Source: a phage
DNA length: 64,000 nucleotides
Strand: one strand, 5' to 3'
Sequence record: PV806337.1
The notes below the pieces were generated by a model. The model searched no databases. It saw only the letters and a program-made list of their open reading frames with translations, and was not told the DNA's origin. This document shows positions 18,916 through 29,291 of this stretch, in pieces (the first letter of the stretch is position 1; the number at the start of each line of letters is the position of its first letter). The position numbers and the translations under genes were made by a program.

Positions 18916-20763
18916 TTACTTAGCTCGAATATCCTGATGTTTCACCCTGCCCATAACCTCATGCTGTTTGCCTGGGTTAAATGGACGAGCACCTGGATTT
19001 CCAAGATACCCACAAACTCGACGAGTTACTTCAAGAGTTTCGGGGTCATGATTACCACAGATAGGGCACTTAAATCCATCTTCGGATGCTATTGTTTCAC
19101 CTAAGAATCCACATTTACCACAAGAATCCACTGGAGTATTAATACCGAAGTAATGAACTTTACTAGCAGCATAATTAATAACCCATTCTAGTGCATCTGG
19201 GAATCGTTTCATATCCGGTAGTTCTACATAGGAAATACACCCACCAGAAGCAATCGGAGTAAAGTTAGATTCATAATCAAATTTCACATTGGGAGCAACT
19301 TTACGTTCCACATCAAGGTGGTGAGAGTTAGTGTAGTATCCTTTGGACAGAATATCTTCATGCTCCGGGAAATATTCACGATCTAAACGGCAAAACCTAT
19401 CACACAGGGACTCTGACGGTGTAGCATACAGGCTATAACCTAACTTAGTTTCTTCCTTCTTCTGATCGACTCTATCTCGCATGTACTGCAATACACGCTG
19501 AACAAACTTGATGCTGGTCTCGGACATTGTGTCTACATCTTTGCCAAACATGAACTGTAGCATTTCATGACAACCAATATATCCTAGAGATACAGAAGCA
19601 CGGTTATAGAAATGATCGAATACGTATTCATCAGGCTCCAAGCGCAGTCCAAAGGCTCCTGACATATAGAGGATGGGTGCAGCTTTAGCTTGAATGTATT
19701 TTAAGCGATCAACTCTCCACTCCAACGCTTTTAATGCTGTATCCACACGTAGCTCAAGCAAATCAAAGAATAGATCAATATTTCCTTCAGCTTCGATAGC
19801 AATTCTAGGCAAGTTTACAGAAACAACACCTAAGTTATTACGACCTGCAGTTTCACCATCTTCTGTAGCAGCTAGGAATGAACGGCAGCCCATAGAAACT
19901 TTATAGTCACCAGTAACTTCCACAACCTTATCATAGCTGATATAATCTGGATACATACGTTCAGCAGTACATTTCATAGCTAACTTCTTGATGTCATAAT
20001 TAACATCCCCTGGTTTCATATTAACGCCATCACGGAGTACAAATACCAGTTTAGGGAAGATAGCTGTACGCTTATTGATACCTAAACCATCCATGCGTAC
20101 TTTCAGTATTGCTTTCTGTACTAGACGTGCTTCCCAAGAAGTTCCTAGACCAAAACCAAAGGTAATAAATGGACTCTGCCCATTAGAGTTGAACATGGTA
20201 TTGATTTCATATTCTAAACCCTGACAAGCGTCATAGACTTCTTTTTCAGTCATCTCCGTAGCCATTACGGATGCTTTGGCTTCATCCTTAGTCCAACGTT
20301 TTGCAAACGCATGATTTTTGTCATAAGATTTACGAACATAAGGGGCTAATACTTCATCAAGGCGATCTACAGAAGTACCACCATACTGATGGGAGCTAAC
20401 CTGAGTGATAATCTGAGCAGTAATAGCCGCCGCAGTAGTGATAGAGTTTGGAGTGCTAATTTCAGCATTACCAACCTTCATACCATTCTTCAACATATCT
20501 TCCAGAGCTACCAGGCAACAGTTAGTCATACCTAATGCAGCATAATCAGCATCATGGAAATGAATATCCCCAATCATATGAGCATTTCGAATCTGAATTG
20601 GCATTTCTTCTAAAATCAGATACTTACTCAATTCACCTGCAAGCATATCCCTTTGTGTAGGGAAACGTTCACTCGGTTTGTTCGCGTTATTAAAAAGTAA
20701 CTCTTCATTGGCAGATCCCTCAATAATTTCCTTACAATTTCTAATCAATTCATCTTTGTTCAT
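18916..20763 (-). CDS. nrdD: anaerobic ribonucleoside-triphosphate reductase (class III RNR)
   Basis: C-terminal zinc site CGKCGF...CPICGNHD and glycyl-radical motif RVCGYLG; 615 aa. Confidence 0.9.
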   Translation of the reverse strand: MNKDELIRNCKEIIEGSANEELLFNNANKPSERFPTQRDMLAGELSKYLILEEMPIQIRNAHMIGDIHFHDADYAALGMTNCCLVALEDMLKNGMKVGNAEISTPNSITTAAAITAQIITQVSSHQYGGTSVDRLDEVLAPYVRKSYDKNHAFAKRWTKDEAKASVMATEMTEKEVYDACQGLEYEINTMFNSNGQSPFITFGFGLGTSWEARLVQKAILKVRMDGLGINKRTAIFPKLVFVLRDGVNMKPGDVNYDIKKLAMKCTAERMYPDYISYDKVVEVTGDYKVSMGCRSFLAATEDGETAGRNNLGVVSVNLPRIAIEAEGNIDLFFDLLELRVDTALKALEWRVDRLKYIQAKAAPILYMSGAFGLRLEPDEYVFDHFYNRASVSLGYIGCHEMLQFMFGKDVDTMSETSIKFVQRVLQYMRDRVDQKKEETKLGYSLYATPSESLCDRFCRLDREYFPEHEDILSKGYYTNSHHLDVERKVAPNVKFDYESNFTPIASGGCISYVELPDMKRFPDALEWVINYAASKVHYFGINTPVDSCGKCGFLGETIASEDGFKCPICGNHDPETLEVTRRVCGYLGNPGARPFNPGKQHEVMGRVKHQDIRAK

Positions 20764-21421
20764 TAATTATTTCCTCAATAAACCTTGCTACTACTTCTGG
20801 CTCAATACTAAAAAATTCTGTAGCACCATCAAAATCTTTATATTGACAATTATATTCCTTAAACTGTAAATGGGTTTCTCTCTCAATATGCATAGCTTTT
20901 GATCTATCTGAAAAGCTATACTCCTTAAATATTTTTAAATCATGTATGTTAGAGGAAGTTTTAATATCTCTGAGTCTATCTTTAGTTCTGCTAGACACAC
21001 CTATTTTGGTTCCCACATTACTTACTAAAATATATACGTTAGTAGGATAATTATCCTTCTCTAATAAACATATAGGACAACCAGAATTATGATTTCTAAC
21101 ACTATCAAGTGTAGACTCCCATTTATGATCATTCTCACAGCTGAACATGATTTTACTCTTGGAATTGATATATTTACCTTCCATCTTTATTCCACGGGCA
21201 GCTAAAGATTCATTTACTTCTTTAAGATCTAAAGTACGGCTAGCACAATAAGGGCAACCTCTACCACCTTTTACGTTATCTACTCTAGCCTCCCAACTAT
21301 GCCCATTAGAGCACTTAAATATAGCCTTGGATTTAGCTGATACATACGTGCTTAGCATAACTATTCCTCTAGGAGCAAGTGCTAAGTTCACATCTTCTGT
21401 AGTTATTTTCTTTCTTACCAT
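20750..21421 (-). CDS. zinc-ribbon x2 plus T5orf172/GIY-YIG-like domain protein (homing-endonuclease-like)
   Basis: Two repeats C..GH.W......CP.C; C-terminal NVYILVSN...KIGVSSR...EFF resembling T5orf172 domain; overlaps nrdD start. Confidence 0.6.
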   Translation of the reverse strand: MVRKKITTEDVNLALAPRGIVMLSTYVSAKSKAIFKCSNGHSWEARVDNVKGGRGCPYCASRTLDLKEVNESLAARGIKMEGKYINSKSKIMFSCENDHKWESTLDSVRNHNSGCPICLLEKDNYPTNVYILVSNVGTKIGVSSRTKDRLRDIKTSSNIHDLKIFKEYSFSDRSKAMHIERETHLQFKEYNCQYKDFDGATEFFSIEPEVVARFIEEIINEQR

Positions 21422-21442
21422 TAAATTCTCCTTAATTCACAT

Positions 21443-21471
21443 ATTATACATAATTCCACCCCATACGTCAA
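21443..21471 (-). promoter_or_regulatory. sigma70-like promoter for 21421 gene and nrdD
   Basis: -35 TTGACG, 17 bp, -10 TATAAT on minus strand; RBS AAGGAG. Confidence 0.6.
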
Positions 21472-21643
21472 CTACATTTTTCTAATACTATTTGACTTTT
21501 GATTTTTATCAATTTTTATTGATGCTATACAGCATAATATCTTTACATATAAATAAATGATTATCTAGTATCATATTTCTACCTTTATAAGCAAGTAAAT
21601 TTTTTATTTAAAAGCAATATCATAGGTTTATTTAAAATTATAC

Positions 21644-21673
21644 TTGCTTTTTGCTGTAAACCTTGTTATAATA
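21644..21673 (+). promoter_or_regulatory. T5-type promoter for phoH
   Basis: -35 TTGCTT, 17 bp, -10 TATAAT about 75 nt upstream of phoH. Confidence 0.65.
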
Positions 21674-21748
21674 TATTTGTAAGTTGATAAACAAGATCTC
21701 TTTGTTGATCCTCTGTTAGAAGCGAAGTACACTATAGGAGTGTTATTT

Positions 21749-22501
21749 ATGGGAAAAGCACGTCAAAAAAGAGAGAACCGCAATGGTTCAAGAAAGCGTG
21801 GCAACAAGTATGAGAATAACGTAATTCAGGCTGATTTTTCTAATGATTACGCTAACCCAGTTGCTAAATCCCTAGTAGGTAAAAACCGCGAGCAAAAATC
21901 ATATATCAATATGATCAAGAACAACACAGTGACTGTGGGCATCGGTGAGCCAGGTACTGGTAAAACCTTTATTCCGTCCGTTCTTGCAGCTCAGGAACTC
22001 GTAGACATTCACTCAGATATTGAGCAAGTGATCCTCGTACGTCCTAATGAACCTCTAGGTAAGTCTCTTGGTATGCTTCCTGGTGATCTAGCAGAAAAGC
22101 TAGAGCCTTGGTTGGAGCCAATAGCTGATGGTATGAAATGGGCCATCGGCGATCATGCCTATAAGGGATATGTCGAACGTCAGAAAATTAAATTTTTGGC
22201 TGTCGAACATGCTCGTGGCAGAACTTTCAACAACTCCTATGTAATTGTCGATGAAGCTCAGAATATTTCCGTTGAGGCAATGATTTGTCTTCTAACTCGT
22301 GTAGGGCAAGACTGCCGTTTAATTATCTGCGGAGATATAGCTCAGAAAGACATTAAAGGTGACTCAGGTCTAGCACTCCTTATGGAAGTCTATGAGAAAT
22401 ACGAAAATGCCCCATTCTCAATGATCGAATTGATTGATAACGTTCGTTCTGTTGAGTCTAAAGCATTCTATGACATCTTTAAAGACATGGGGAAGGTGTA
22501 A
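21749..22501 (+). CDS. phoH: PhoH-like ATPase
   Basis: Walker A GEPGTGKTF, Walker B VIVDEAQN; track start 21740 is GTG, ATG at 21749 with AGGAG upstream. Confidence 0.85.
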   Translation: MGKARQKRENRNGSRKRGNKYENNVIQADFSNDYANPVAKSLVGKNREQKSYINMIKNNTVTVGIGEPGTGKTFIPSVLAAQELVDIHSDIEQVILVRPNEPLGKSLGMLPGDLAEKLEPWLEPIADGMKWAIGDHAYKGYVERQKIKFLAVEHARGRTFNNSYVIVDEAQNISVEAMICLLTRVGQDCRLIICGDIAQKDIKGDSGLALLMEVYEKYENAPFSMIELIDNVRSVESKAFYDIFKDMGKV

Positions 22502-22502
22502 T

Positions 22503-22724
22503 ATGGGAAACGTCGTTCATCTGAGCCGTAAAACTAAAATACATCGTACTTCACTGAGTGCTGCTAATATGATTACACGTAAGGAAGGGGAAGAAAGTCC
22601 TAAGACAACCCTAGCGTGGAAAATTGTAACCTCAAATCCAAATAAACCATTCAATTATAACGAGTTGAGCACCTCCATAGATATTCTATTAAAAGAAGTA
22701 GCTAGAACTAAAGTAATTGAATAA
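22503..22724 (+). CDS. hypothetical protein (73 aa)
   Basis: ATG at 22503 with RBS GGGGAAGG; track start 22434 lies inside phoH. Confidence 0.5.
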   Translation: MGNVVHLSRKTKIHRTSLSAANMITRKEGEESPKTTLAWKIVTSNPNKPFNYNELSTSIDILLKEVARTKVIE

Positions 22725-22866
22725 GCTAAAAAGCTAGACTGGTAATATACAGGGCCTGGGTATGAAAATACTCGGGCCTTTTCTATCAGAAAATTTTATT
22801 TGCCTAATGACCGATAATAAAGTAGAATATTCCTTAAATCCTGATAACTATAAAAAGGAAAGCCAA

Positions 22867-25197
22867 ATGAGCCATCGCATTGAAAAAGTAATTAAACGTG
22901 ACGGTACTGTAGAAGACTTTGCTCCTGAAAAAATCAATGGTTGGGCAGAGTATGGTTGCAAAACAGTTGATGTAAGCTGGTCAGCCATTACTATGGCTGC
23001 TCAAAAAACTCTGCCTAAAGGGGTTGTAGATTCCGACACTCTGATGGATGCATTAATTAAAGCTGCTGAAAGTCTTATTAAAGATAATCCAGCATACGAT
23101 GTGCCAGCAAAGGAATTACGTCTTGCGCAAATGCGTAAACGCCTTTATGACTCTTTCGAACCACCTTCTTTACGCTTCTTCCATGACCACATGGTTAGCG
23201 TAGGTGCATGGGAAGACATGAGTGCATGGATTACCGATGAGCAATTTGAAGCTCTGAATCAGGTTATCGACCATGATCGTGACCGTCTTTTTACTAGTGG
23301 TGGGCTGAAGCAGTTCTTTGATAAGTATTCCCGTCGTAATATAGCCACTGGTGAAATTTATGAAACCCCGCAATTCGCCTACATGGGTATGGCAATGGCG
23401 ATGTTATCTCAACCTAACTGGACAATTCTAGATGCAATCGACCTCTACAACGCAATGTCGCTCCACAAAATCAACGTTCCTACGCCGCCACTGGTTGGTC
23501 TGCGCTCTAGTGACCGTGGATTTGCTAGTTGCTGTCTCGTGGATTCCACTGACACGTTGGATTCAATCGACACCGCCGAGCACATCGTCTTCAAAATGGT
23601 CGCAGCCAGAGCGGGAATCGGGTATCATCTTGAAAGCCGATCAATTGCTGATCCGGTGCGAAATGGGGCATTCCCGCATTCCGGAAAACTGCCATATTAT
23701 CGACACATTGACCGCTCAGTAAAGGCCAATACTCAGCAAACTCGTGGTGGTTCTGCTACAGTGTCTTATCCATACTTCGACCCTGAAATCATTCAATTGA
23801 TGCAGGTTAAGCAACAACGTGCTACAGATGAGAATAAAATCGATAAGATGGATTATTCTCTGAGCTTTAACAATCTTTTGTTAAAACGTTATCTTAAAAA
23901 CGAAGATATTACGCTAATGTCATACTTCTATGCTCCAGAAGTTCATGAAGCGTTTTATAGTGATGACGAGGCTAAATTTGAAGAAATCTACGTGGCAGCG
24001 GAGAAACGTGTGGCATCTCTTACAAAGATCGACCACGAAGGAAAAACAGTTCCTGCAGCTCCTAAAGTCTCTGCAAAAGAAATCCTAGATACTTGGCTAC
24101 GTATCCGAATGGAAACAGGACGTATGTATGCTCACCACATTGGGGAATCTAATCGTCACGGTAACTTCCTTGATCCGATCCGTATGACAAACCTTTGTGT
24201 TGAAATTACTCAGCCTACACGCCCGTTCCATCACATTACAGAGCTGTACAAGACAAAAGAGCAGCTTGATCAAATGAAGCCGGAGGATATTGGTGAAGTA
24301 TCTCTGTGTAACTTAGGTGGTGTTGTACTTGGACGCATGGAATCTCTGGCTGAGTGGGAAAAAACTTGCTACATCCTTCTGAAGTTTGTTGATACAATTA
24401 TTGAAATTCAGGATTATCCGTTCCCAACTATGGAATATACGGCCAAGAAACGTCGTAATGTCGGTATTGGCCTAATGAACGCAGCAGGTGCAATGGCAGC
24501 AGAAGGTCTGGCTTACGAAGGTATTGAAGCTCGTAACTGGATCCACCGTGAGGCTGAAAAACTGTCTTACTTCCTGCATAAAGCCTCTGTACGCCTGGCT
24601 AAGGAACAGGGTGCATGTGAGTGGTTTGATCGTACTAAACCATCTAAAGGAATTCTGGTAATCGACACGTACAAGAAAACTGTTGATGAGCTGGTATCCG
24701 TAGGTCTAGAAATGGACTGGGAGTCTCTGCGTGCAGATATTCTGAAATATGGTATGCGTAACTCTGTTCTGACTGCTCAGATGCCGGGAGAAAGTTCTTC
24801 TGTTCTGTTAGGTGTTACTAACTCTATCGAACCACCTCGTAAGATTGTATCTATCAAGGGTAGTGCAGTAAATAAAGTAATTGCAATTGCTCCAGGTGCA
24901 ACCGATTGGGAAACGTTAATGAGCTATAAATTGGCTTATGATGTAGATCGTATCGAGTGGATCAAATGGGTAGCAACTATGCAGAAATTCTTCAGCCAGT
25001 CTGTTAGTACTAATATGTACTACGACTACACCAAGTTTGAGAATGAAATTATTCCTGGCCCAGTAGTAGTTCGTGATTTCATGACTGCTGTTAAATACGG
25101 GTGGAAAACTTGGTATTATGCTAACTTCAACACCGCAAATGGTGGTGGTGCTGGAGAAGAAGCAGCTGGTTGTGCATCAGGCGGTTGTACTATTTAA
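22867..25197 (+). CDS. nrdA: ribonucleotide reductase class Ia large subunit
   Basis: N-terminal ATP-cone-like region, C-terminal redox pair GCASGGC; likely start M36 of track ORF with RBS AAAGGAAAG. Confidence 0.9.
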   Translation: MSHRIEKVIKRDGTVEDFAPEKINGWAEYGCKTVDVSWSAITMAAQKTLPKGVVDSDTLMDALIKAAESLIKDNPAYDVPAKELRLAQMRKRLYDSFEPPSLRFFHDHMVSVGAWEDMSAWITDEQFEALNQVIDHDRDRLFTSGGLKQFFDKYSRRNIATGEIYETPQFAYMGMAMAMLSQPNWTILDAIDLYNAMSLHKINVPTPPLVGLRSSDRGFASCCLVDSTDTLDSIDTAEHIVFKMVAARAGIGYHLESRSIADPVRNGAFPHSGKLPYYRHIDRSVKANTQQTRGGSATVSYPYFDPEIIQLMQVKQQRATDENKIDKMDYSLSFNNLLLKRYLKNEDITLMSYFYAPEVHEAFYSDDEAKFEEIYVAAEKRVASLTKIDHEGKTVPAAPKVSAKEILDTWLRIRMETGRMYAHHIGESNRHGNFLDPIRMTNLCVEITQPTRPFHHITELYKTKEQLDQMKPEDIGEVSLCNLGGVVLGRMESLAEWEKTCYILLKFVDTIIEIQDYPFPTMEYTAKKRRNVGIGLMNAAGAMAAEGLAYEGIEARNWIHREAEKLSYFLHKASVRLAKEQGACEWFDRTKPSKGILVIDTYKKTVDELVSVGLEMDWESLRADILKYGMRNSVLTAQMPGESSSVLLGVTNSIEPPRKIVSIKGSAVNKVIAIAPGATDWETLMSYKLAYDVDRIEWIKWVATMQKFFSQSVSTNMYYDYTKFENEIIPGPVVVRDFMTAVKYGWKTWYYANFNTANGGGAGEEAAGCASGGCTI

Positions 25198-25206
25198 TAA
25201 AAACAA

Positions 25207-25233
25207 GGAGATCTTCGGGTCTCCTTTTTCTTT
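25207..25233 (+). terminator. rho-independent terminator after nrdA
   Basis: GGAGAT-CTTCGG-GTCTCC followed by TTTTTCTTTG. Confidence 0.7.
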
Positions 25234-25243
25234 GAAATTTTAC

Positions 25244-25272
25244 TTGCTAATCGCTACCAGATTTGCTATAAT
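25244..25272 (+). promoter_or_regulatory. T5-type promoter for nrdB
   Basis: -35 TTGCTA, 17 bp, -10 TATAAT directly after terminator hairpin. Confidence 0.7.
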
Positions 25273-25303
25273 ATTCCTGAAATAGTGAGAAAGAGGAAAA
25301 TCA

Positions 25304-26449
25304 ATGACTACTTTACTAAACCTGAATTGGGATCATACTAACGCCGACCTTTTCCTGGGAGATTCTCTCGGTATCGCAGATTATGTACGTGTAGCACATC
25401 CAGAACTAGAACGTCTGGCACTTCTGCAGCGCTCTCAATTTTGGACTGAAACTGAAATCAGTCTGGAAGCAGATAAGAAACAATGGCCTAATCTCCCACG
25501 AGAAATTCAGGAAATTACACTCCTGAACTTAGCATGGCAAACTCAAACTGATTCCTTTATCAGTCGTGCCCCTGAAGCAGCTATTATGCCGCTTGTAAGT
25601 CGTCCAGAATTGGAAGGTATGCTCAAACAGTGGAGCTATTTTGAAGACCTGCATAGTCGTGCTTATAGCAATATTATTCGTAATGTGCTGACTGATCCAG
25701 CAGAATTTATTGATTCTGTAACCAAAAACCAAGAAGCATTCGCGCGCATCGCTGATTCTGTTGAACTATTCGATGAACTGTACCAGTTAGGTCAGTATTT
25801 CATCGCAGTACGCGATCATCGTGGCGACAATACATATCCAGAAACTGAGTTCCCTGAAGTTAAACGTGAAACTCAGGCTAAACTATTAGACGCTTACTTT
25901 GCGATCTATGGTCTGGAAGCAATGCAGTTTTACGCATCCTTTGCATGTACCTTTGCATTAGCAGAGAACGATATTCTGCAAGGTATTGCTAAAAATCTGC
26001 AATTAATCGCTAAAGATGAAGCTCTGCACACTCAGATGTCCAAAGCAATCATCCAGATTATGTTTCAGCAATTTGACAAAGATCTGGTAGATGAAGCAGT
26101 GGCTAAAGCACCAGCACAGCTCCTGAAAACTCTGAAAACTGAAATTGAATGGGGTCATTTCATTTTCAAAGGTCGTAGTCTGATTGGCTTGAATGCAGAA
26201 CTTCTAGAAGAATATCTGTATTTTGTGGGACGTAATGCATTTATGCACATCGGTGTAGAATGGCCTAGTCATTTACCAGTAATCACCAAAAACCCTATTC
26301 CGTGGATTATGAACTGGTTGGATACTACTTCTCTACAGCCTGCTCCACAAGAAATCCAGATTGGTGCAGCCTACCGTGTAGGTCAGGTAACTGAGACCTC
26401 TACTGATACTCTGAAAGATCTGGGTAATGAATTTGGAGATTTCTTATGA
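25304..26449 (+). CDS. nrdB: ribonucleotide reductase class Ia small subunit
   Basis: Diiron ligand blocks (EAMQFYASFA, DEALHTQ); own promoter and terminator upstream. Confidence 0.9.
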   Translation: MTTLLNLNWDHTNADLFLGDSLGIADYVRVAHPELERLALLQRSQFWTETEISLEADKKQWPNLPREIQEITLLNLAWQTQTDSFISRAPEAAIMPLVSRPELEGMLKQWSYFEDLHSRAYSNIIRNVLTDPAEFIDSVTKNQEAFARIADSVELFDELYQLGQYFIAVRDHRGDNTYPETEFPEVKRETQAKLLDAYFAIYGLEAMQFYASFACTFALAENDILQGIAKNLQLIAKDEALHTQMSKAIIQIMFQQFDKDLVDEAVAKAPAQLLKTLKTEIEWGHFIFKGRSLIGLNAELLEEYLYFVGRNAFMHIGVEWPSHLPVITKNPIPWIMNWLDTTSLQPAPQEIQIGAAYRVGQVTETSTDTLKDLGNEFGDFL

Positions 26450-26979
26450 TTACAGCAATGTATGCAGTTGGGCCGAATGGGGAGTTCGGCCTCCGCGGTA
26501 AACTTCCATGGGGTTCCTTCAAAGAAGAACTAGATGCTTTCTATTCTCAACTGGACGTGTTGAATCCAGATAACATCATCATTGGTGCGGGTACTTATTT
26601 AGCTCTTCCATACGCCGTTAGAGAACGTATGATTGGAGCTTCTGACCTATTTATTCGTGCTGATCGTCCACTGCCAGATGATATTACACATGATATTTAC
26701 ACCCCAATTTCTAAGATTGGGGATGCTTTACCTACATTTCTGAAAGATCAGCAGACAGTAGTTCTAGGTGGTGCTAACCTTCTTCTAGAAATGTATCAAT
26801 ATGGTCATATTGAAAGTGCTTTTGTATCCACAATCTTTAGTAATCAAAAACTAGAGGCAGATGTATATCTGGATAATACGATTCTAGATTACAACTATGA
26901 ATCTACTCGTTTAGTTTACGCAACTGGCGCAAACAGTGATAACAGCCTGCGATTTGTACAGGAATTGGTTACTTATTAA
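26446..26979 (+). CDS. frd: dihydrofolate reductase
   Basis: N-terminal [23 protein letters not shown] signature; overlaps nrdB stop and thyA start. Confidence 0.8.
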   Translation: MITAMYAVGPNGEFGLRGKLPWGSFKEELDAFYSQLDVLNPDNIIIGAGTYLALPYAVRERMIGASDLFIRADRPLPDDITHDIYTPISKIGDALPTFLKDQQTVVLGGANLLLEMYQYGHIESAFVSTIFSNQKLEADVYLDNTILDYNYESTRLVYATGANSDNSLRFVQELVTY

Positions 26980-27833
26980 TGGATCAGTATATAGAAGTTG
27001 GAAAACGTATTCTATCAGAAGGTCAGTGGGTAACGAATCCCAGAACAGGGGTTCGTTGCCTCACCATTATTGATGCAGATTTTACTTTTAACGTAGGTGC
27101 AGGTGAATTCCCACTTATTACTACTCGTAAGGCGTTTGCAAAACAAGCAATAATGGAAATGATTGGGTATCTACGTGGGTATGATTCAGCAGCACAATTC
27201 CGCGCTATTGGTGTTAACACATGGAATGCTAATGCAAATGAAAACTTAGCTTGGCTAGACAATCCATACCGTAAAGGTGAGGATGATATGGGACGAGTCT
27301 ATGGTGTTCAAGGACGTCAGTGGACTAATTCCGATGGTCTTATGTTTGACCAACTAGTCAAGATTTATCATAATCTGAAAAAGGGCATTGATGATCGTGG
27401 GGAAATTCTAACCTTCTGGAATCCGGGGGAGTTCTCAAAGGGTTGCTTACGTCCATGTATGCATACTCATCAGTTCTCTATTTTGGGAGATACATTATAT
27501 CTGAACTCTTTCCAGAGATCTAATGACTTCCTGTTAGGCCAAGTATTTAACATGGTTCAGTGCTATACGCTTCTAGCATTAATGGCACAGATTACAGGCC
27601 TTAAACCAGGAATTGCACGCCAGAAGATTATCAATCTTCATATCTATGAGGATCAGTATAATGTTTTGATGGAGCACAAGCAATTCGATCGTGAACCTTT
27701 TGCACTCCCAACTCTAGAAATTAATCCAAATATTAAGACTTTAGATGACGTATTGACTTGGGTAAGTAAGGATGATTTTACTGTTCAAGGTTATGAACAT
27801 CATCCAGCTATTGCATACCCATTCACTGTTTAA
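26979..27833 (+). CDS. thyA: thymidylate synthase
   Basis: ThyA-like blocks (FWNPGEF, catalytic Cys region [19 protein letters not shown]); adjacent to frd. Confidence 0.8.
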   Translation: MDQYIEVGKRILSEGQWVTNPRTGVRCLTIIDADFTFNVGAGEFPLITTRKAFAKQAIMEMIGYLRGYDSAAQFRAIGVNTWNANANENLAWLDNPYRKGEDDMGRVYGVQGRQWTNSDGLMFDQLVKIYHNLKKGIDDRGEILTFWNPGEFSKGCLRPCMHTHQFSILGDTLYLNSFQRSNDFLLGQVFNMVQCYTLLALMAQITGLKPGIARQKIINLHIYEDQYNVLMEHKQFDREPFALPTLEINPNIKTLDDVLTWVSKDDFTVQGYEHHPAIAYPFTV

Positions 27834-27846
27834 TTTAAAATATTAT

Positions 27847-27876
27847 TTGCTTTAATCCCAGTACTTATAGTATAAT
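27847..27876 (+). promoter_or_regulatory. T5-type promoter for HNH endonuclease gene
   Basis: -35 TTGCTT, 18 bp, -10 TATAAT. Confidence 0.65.
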
Positions 27877-27903
27877 ATCTCCTATATACATTATAGGAGA
27901 TAT
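27875..27903 (+). promoter_or_regulatory. 12-bp perfect inverted repeat occluding the RBS of the HNH gene
   Basis: ATATCTCCTATA-TACAT-TATAGGAGATAT; right arm contains the AGGAG Shine-Dalgarno 5 nt before ATG 27908. Confidence 0.6.
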
Positions 27904-27907
27904 ATTT

Positions 27908-28462
27908 ATGATCGTACAAGAGGGGTGGACAAAAGAATCCGCACGTAATAGGTTTATCTATAATCCTCTTACTGGGGAGATTTTAAATAGAATTAACAGT
28001 GGTAGGGCTAAGAAAGGACAGATAGCCGGGTACCTAGACAAGTCTACTGGATATATTCGGGTAACATTGGCAGGAAAAAGAATGAAAGGACATCAGTTAG
28101 CCTTCTTATACATGGAAGGATATATACCTGATACTATAGATCACATCAACAGAATAAAATCTGATAATAGATGGTGTAATTTAAGGGAATCTTCACCCCA
28201 AGAGAATGCTAGAAATATTAAAGCAAGAAGTAAATCTGGTTATTTAGGGGTTGGGTGGCATAAGCCAAGTCAAAAATGGTGGGTATATACTAAAGATGTA
28301 AAAGGAGCGCAGATTAATGGTGGTTACTTTGATTATACGAAATTAGAGGAAGCAGTCAATAAAGCTAATGAACTCCGTCAGCAATTACATGGACATACTG
28401 CTATTTTAGAAGTTTTTAATCCTGATCAACCAATACCTACCATAGAGGAACTTAATAAATGA
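27908..28462 (+). CDS. HNH homing endonuclease with AP2-like DNA-binding region
   Basis: HNH motif HQLAFLYMEG...IDHINRIKSDNRWCNLRE; AP2-like GYLGVGWHKPSQKWWVY. Confidence 0.75.
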   Translation: MIVQEGWTKESARNRFIYNPLTGEILNRINSGRAKKGQIAGYLDKSTGYIRVTLAGKRMKGHQLAFLYMEGYIPDTIDHINRIKSDNRWCNLRESSPQENARNIKARSKSGYLGVGWHKPSQKWWVYTKDVKGAQINGGYFDYTKLEEAVNKANELRQQLHGHTAILEVFNPDQPIPTIEELNK

Positions 28463-28935
28463 GTGTTTTCCACATTTACACAGATGGTGCTTGTAAGTCT
28501 AACCCAGGTCCAGGTGCTTGGGGATTTATTGTCTATGATGATAACGATGATCGTTTAGGTTCTAAATCTGGATATAGTCCTAAAACTACAAATAATGAGA
28601 TGGAACTCACGGCTATTGTAGAGGCTCTACGTTGGTCAGTTAAAAAAGATAATAGACCAATTGTTATCTATACTGATTCTGCTTATTGCAAAAATGGTAT
28701 GGAAAGTTGGATGTTTTCTTGGCAAAGGAAAGGCTGGAAGAAAGCAGATGGTGAAGTTCCTCTTAATCTAGAACTTTGGCAGGAAGCATTTAAATTAACA
28801 CAGCAGTATATCAACTTTCATAATACTAACCCTACCTTTATTAAGGTTAAAGGACATTCTGGTATTAGTGGTAATGAAGCTGTAGACGCCTTATGTAACA
28901 CAGTTATTACTGAAGCTGAAATGGCTGAGATGTGA
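28459..28935 (+). CDS. rnh: ribonuclease H (RNase HI)
   Basis: HIYTDGACKSNPGPGAWGF, ELTAIVEAL, IYTDSAY, GHSGISGNEAVDAL. Confidence 0.85.
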   Translation: MSVFHIYTDGACKSNPGPGAWGFIVYDDNDDRLGSKSGYSPKTTNNEMELTAIVEALRWSVKKDNRPIVIYTDSAYCKNGMESWMFSWQRKGWKKADGEVPLNLELWQEAFKLTQQYINFHNTNPTFIKVKGHSGISGNEAVDALCNTVITEAEMAEM

Positions 28936-28956
28936 TAAATAAATTAAAAAATTTTC

Positions 28957-28985
28957 TTGCTTAAAGCCCTCTAATTTAGTATAAT
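28957..28985 (+). promoter_or_regulatory. T5-type promoter
   Basis: -35 TTGCTT, 17 bp, -10 TATAAT upstream of 29013. Confidence 0.7.
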
Positions 28986-29012
28986 ATTCGTATTGAAAGT
29001 GAGGAGGGCTTT

Positions 29013-29291
29013 ATGAGAATTTATAACTCAAATTCATTAGGATTTAAACCGTTGAGAAAACGTGCACAATCACCTCGTCAAATAAGAAAGGCTAATATTG
29101 GTGAGCCAGAAACACGTCTTCCACCTCCTCCGGAACAACGTTTAGTTTATCTGGATGAAGAATTAGCTGAACGCGAAAGAAAAGCTCAAGAAGAGATTGA
29201 GCGTAAGAAAATGTGTACTGCTCCAGCATATAATAAAGGAGCGTATCAATATGTTTCCGATGCAGAACAAGCCAAGATGGTTGGTAGATAA
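29013..29291 (+). CDS. hypothetical protein (92 aa)
   Basis: Track ORF with T5-type promoter and RBS GAGGAGGG. Confidence 0.55.
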   Translation: MRIYNSNSLGFKPLRKRAQSPRQIRKANIGEPETRLPPPPEQRLVYLDEELAERERKAQEEIERKKMCTAPAYNKGAYQYVSDAEQAKMVGR

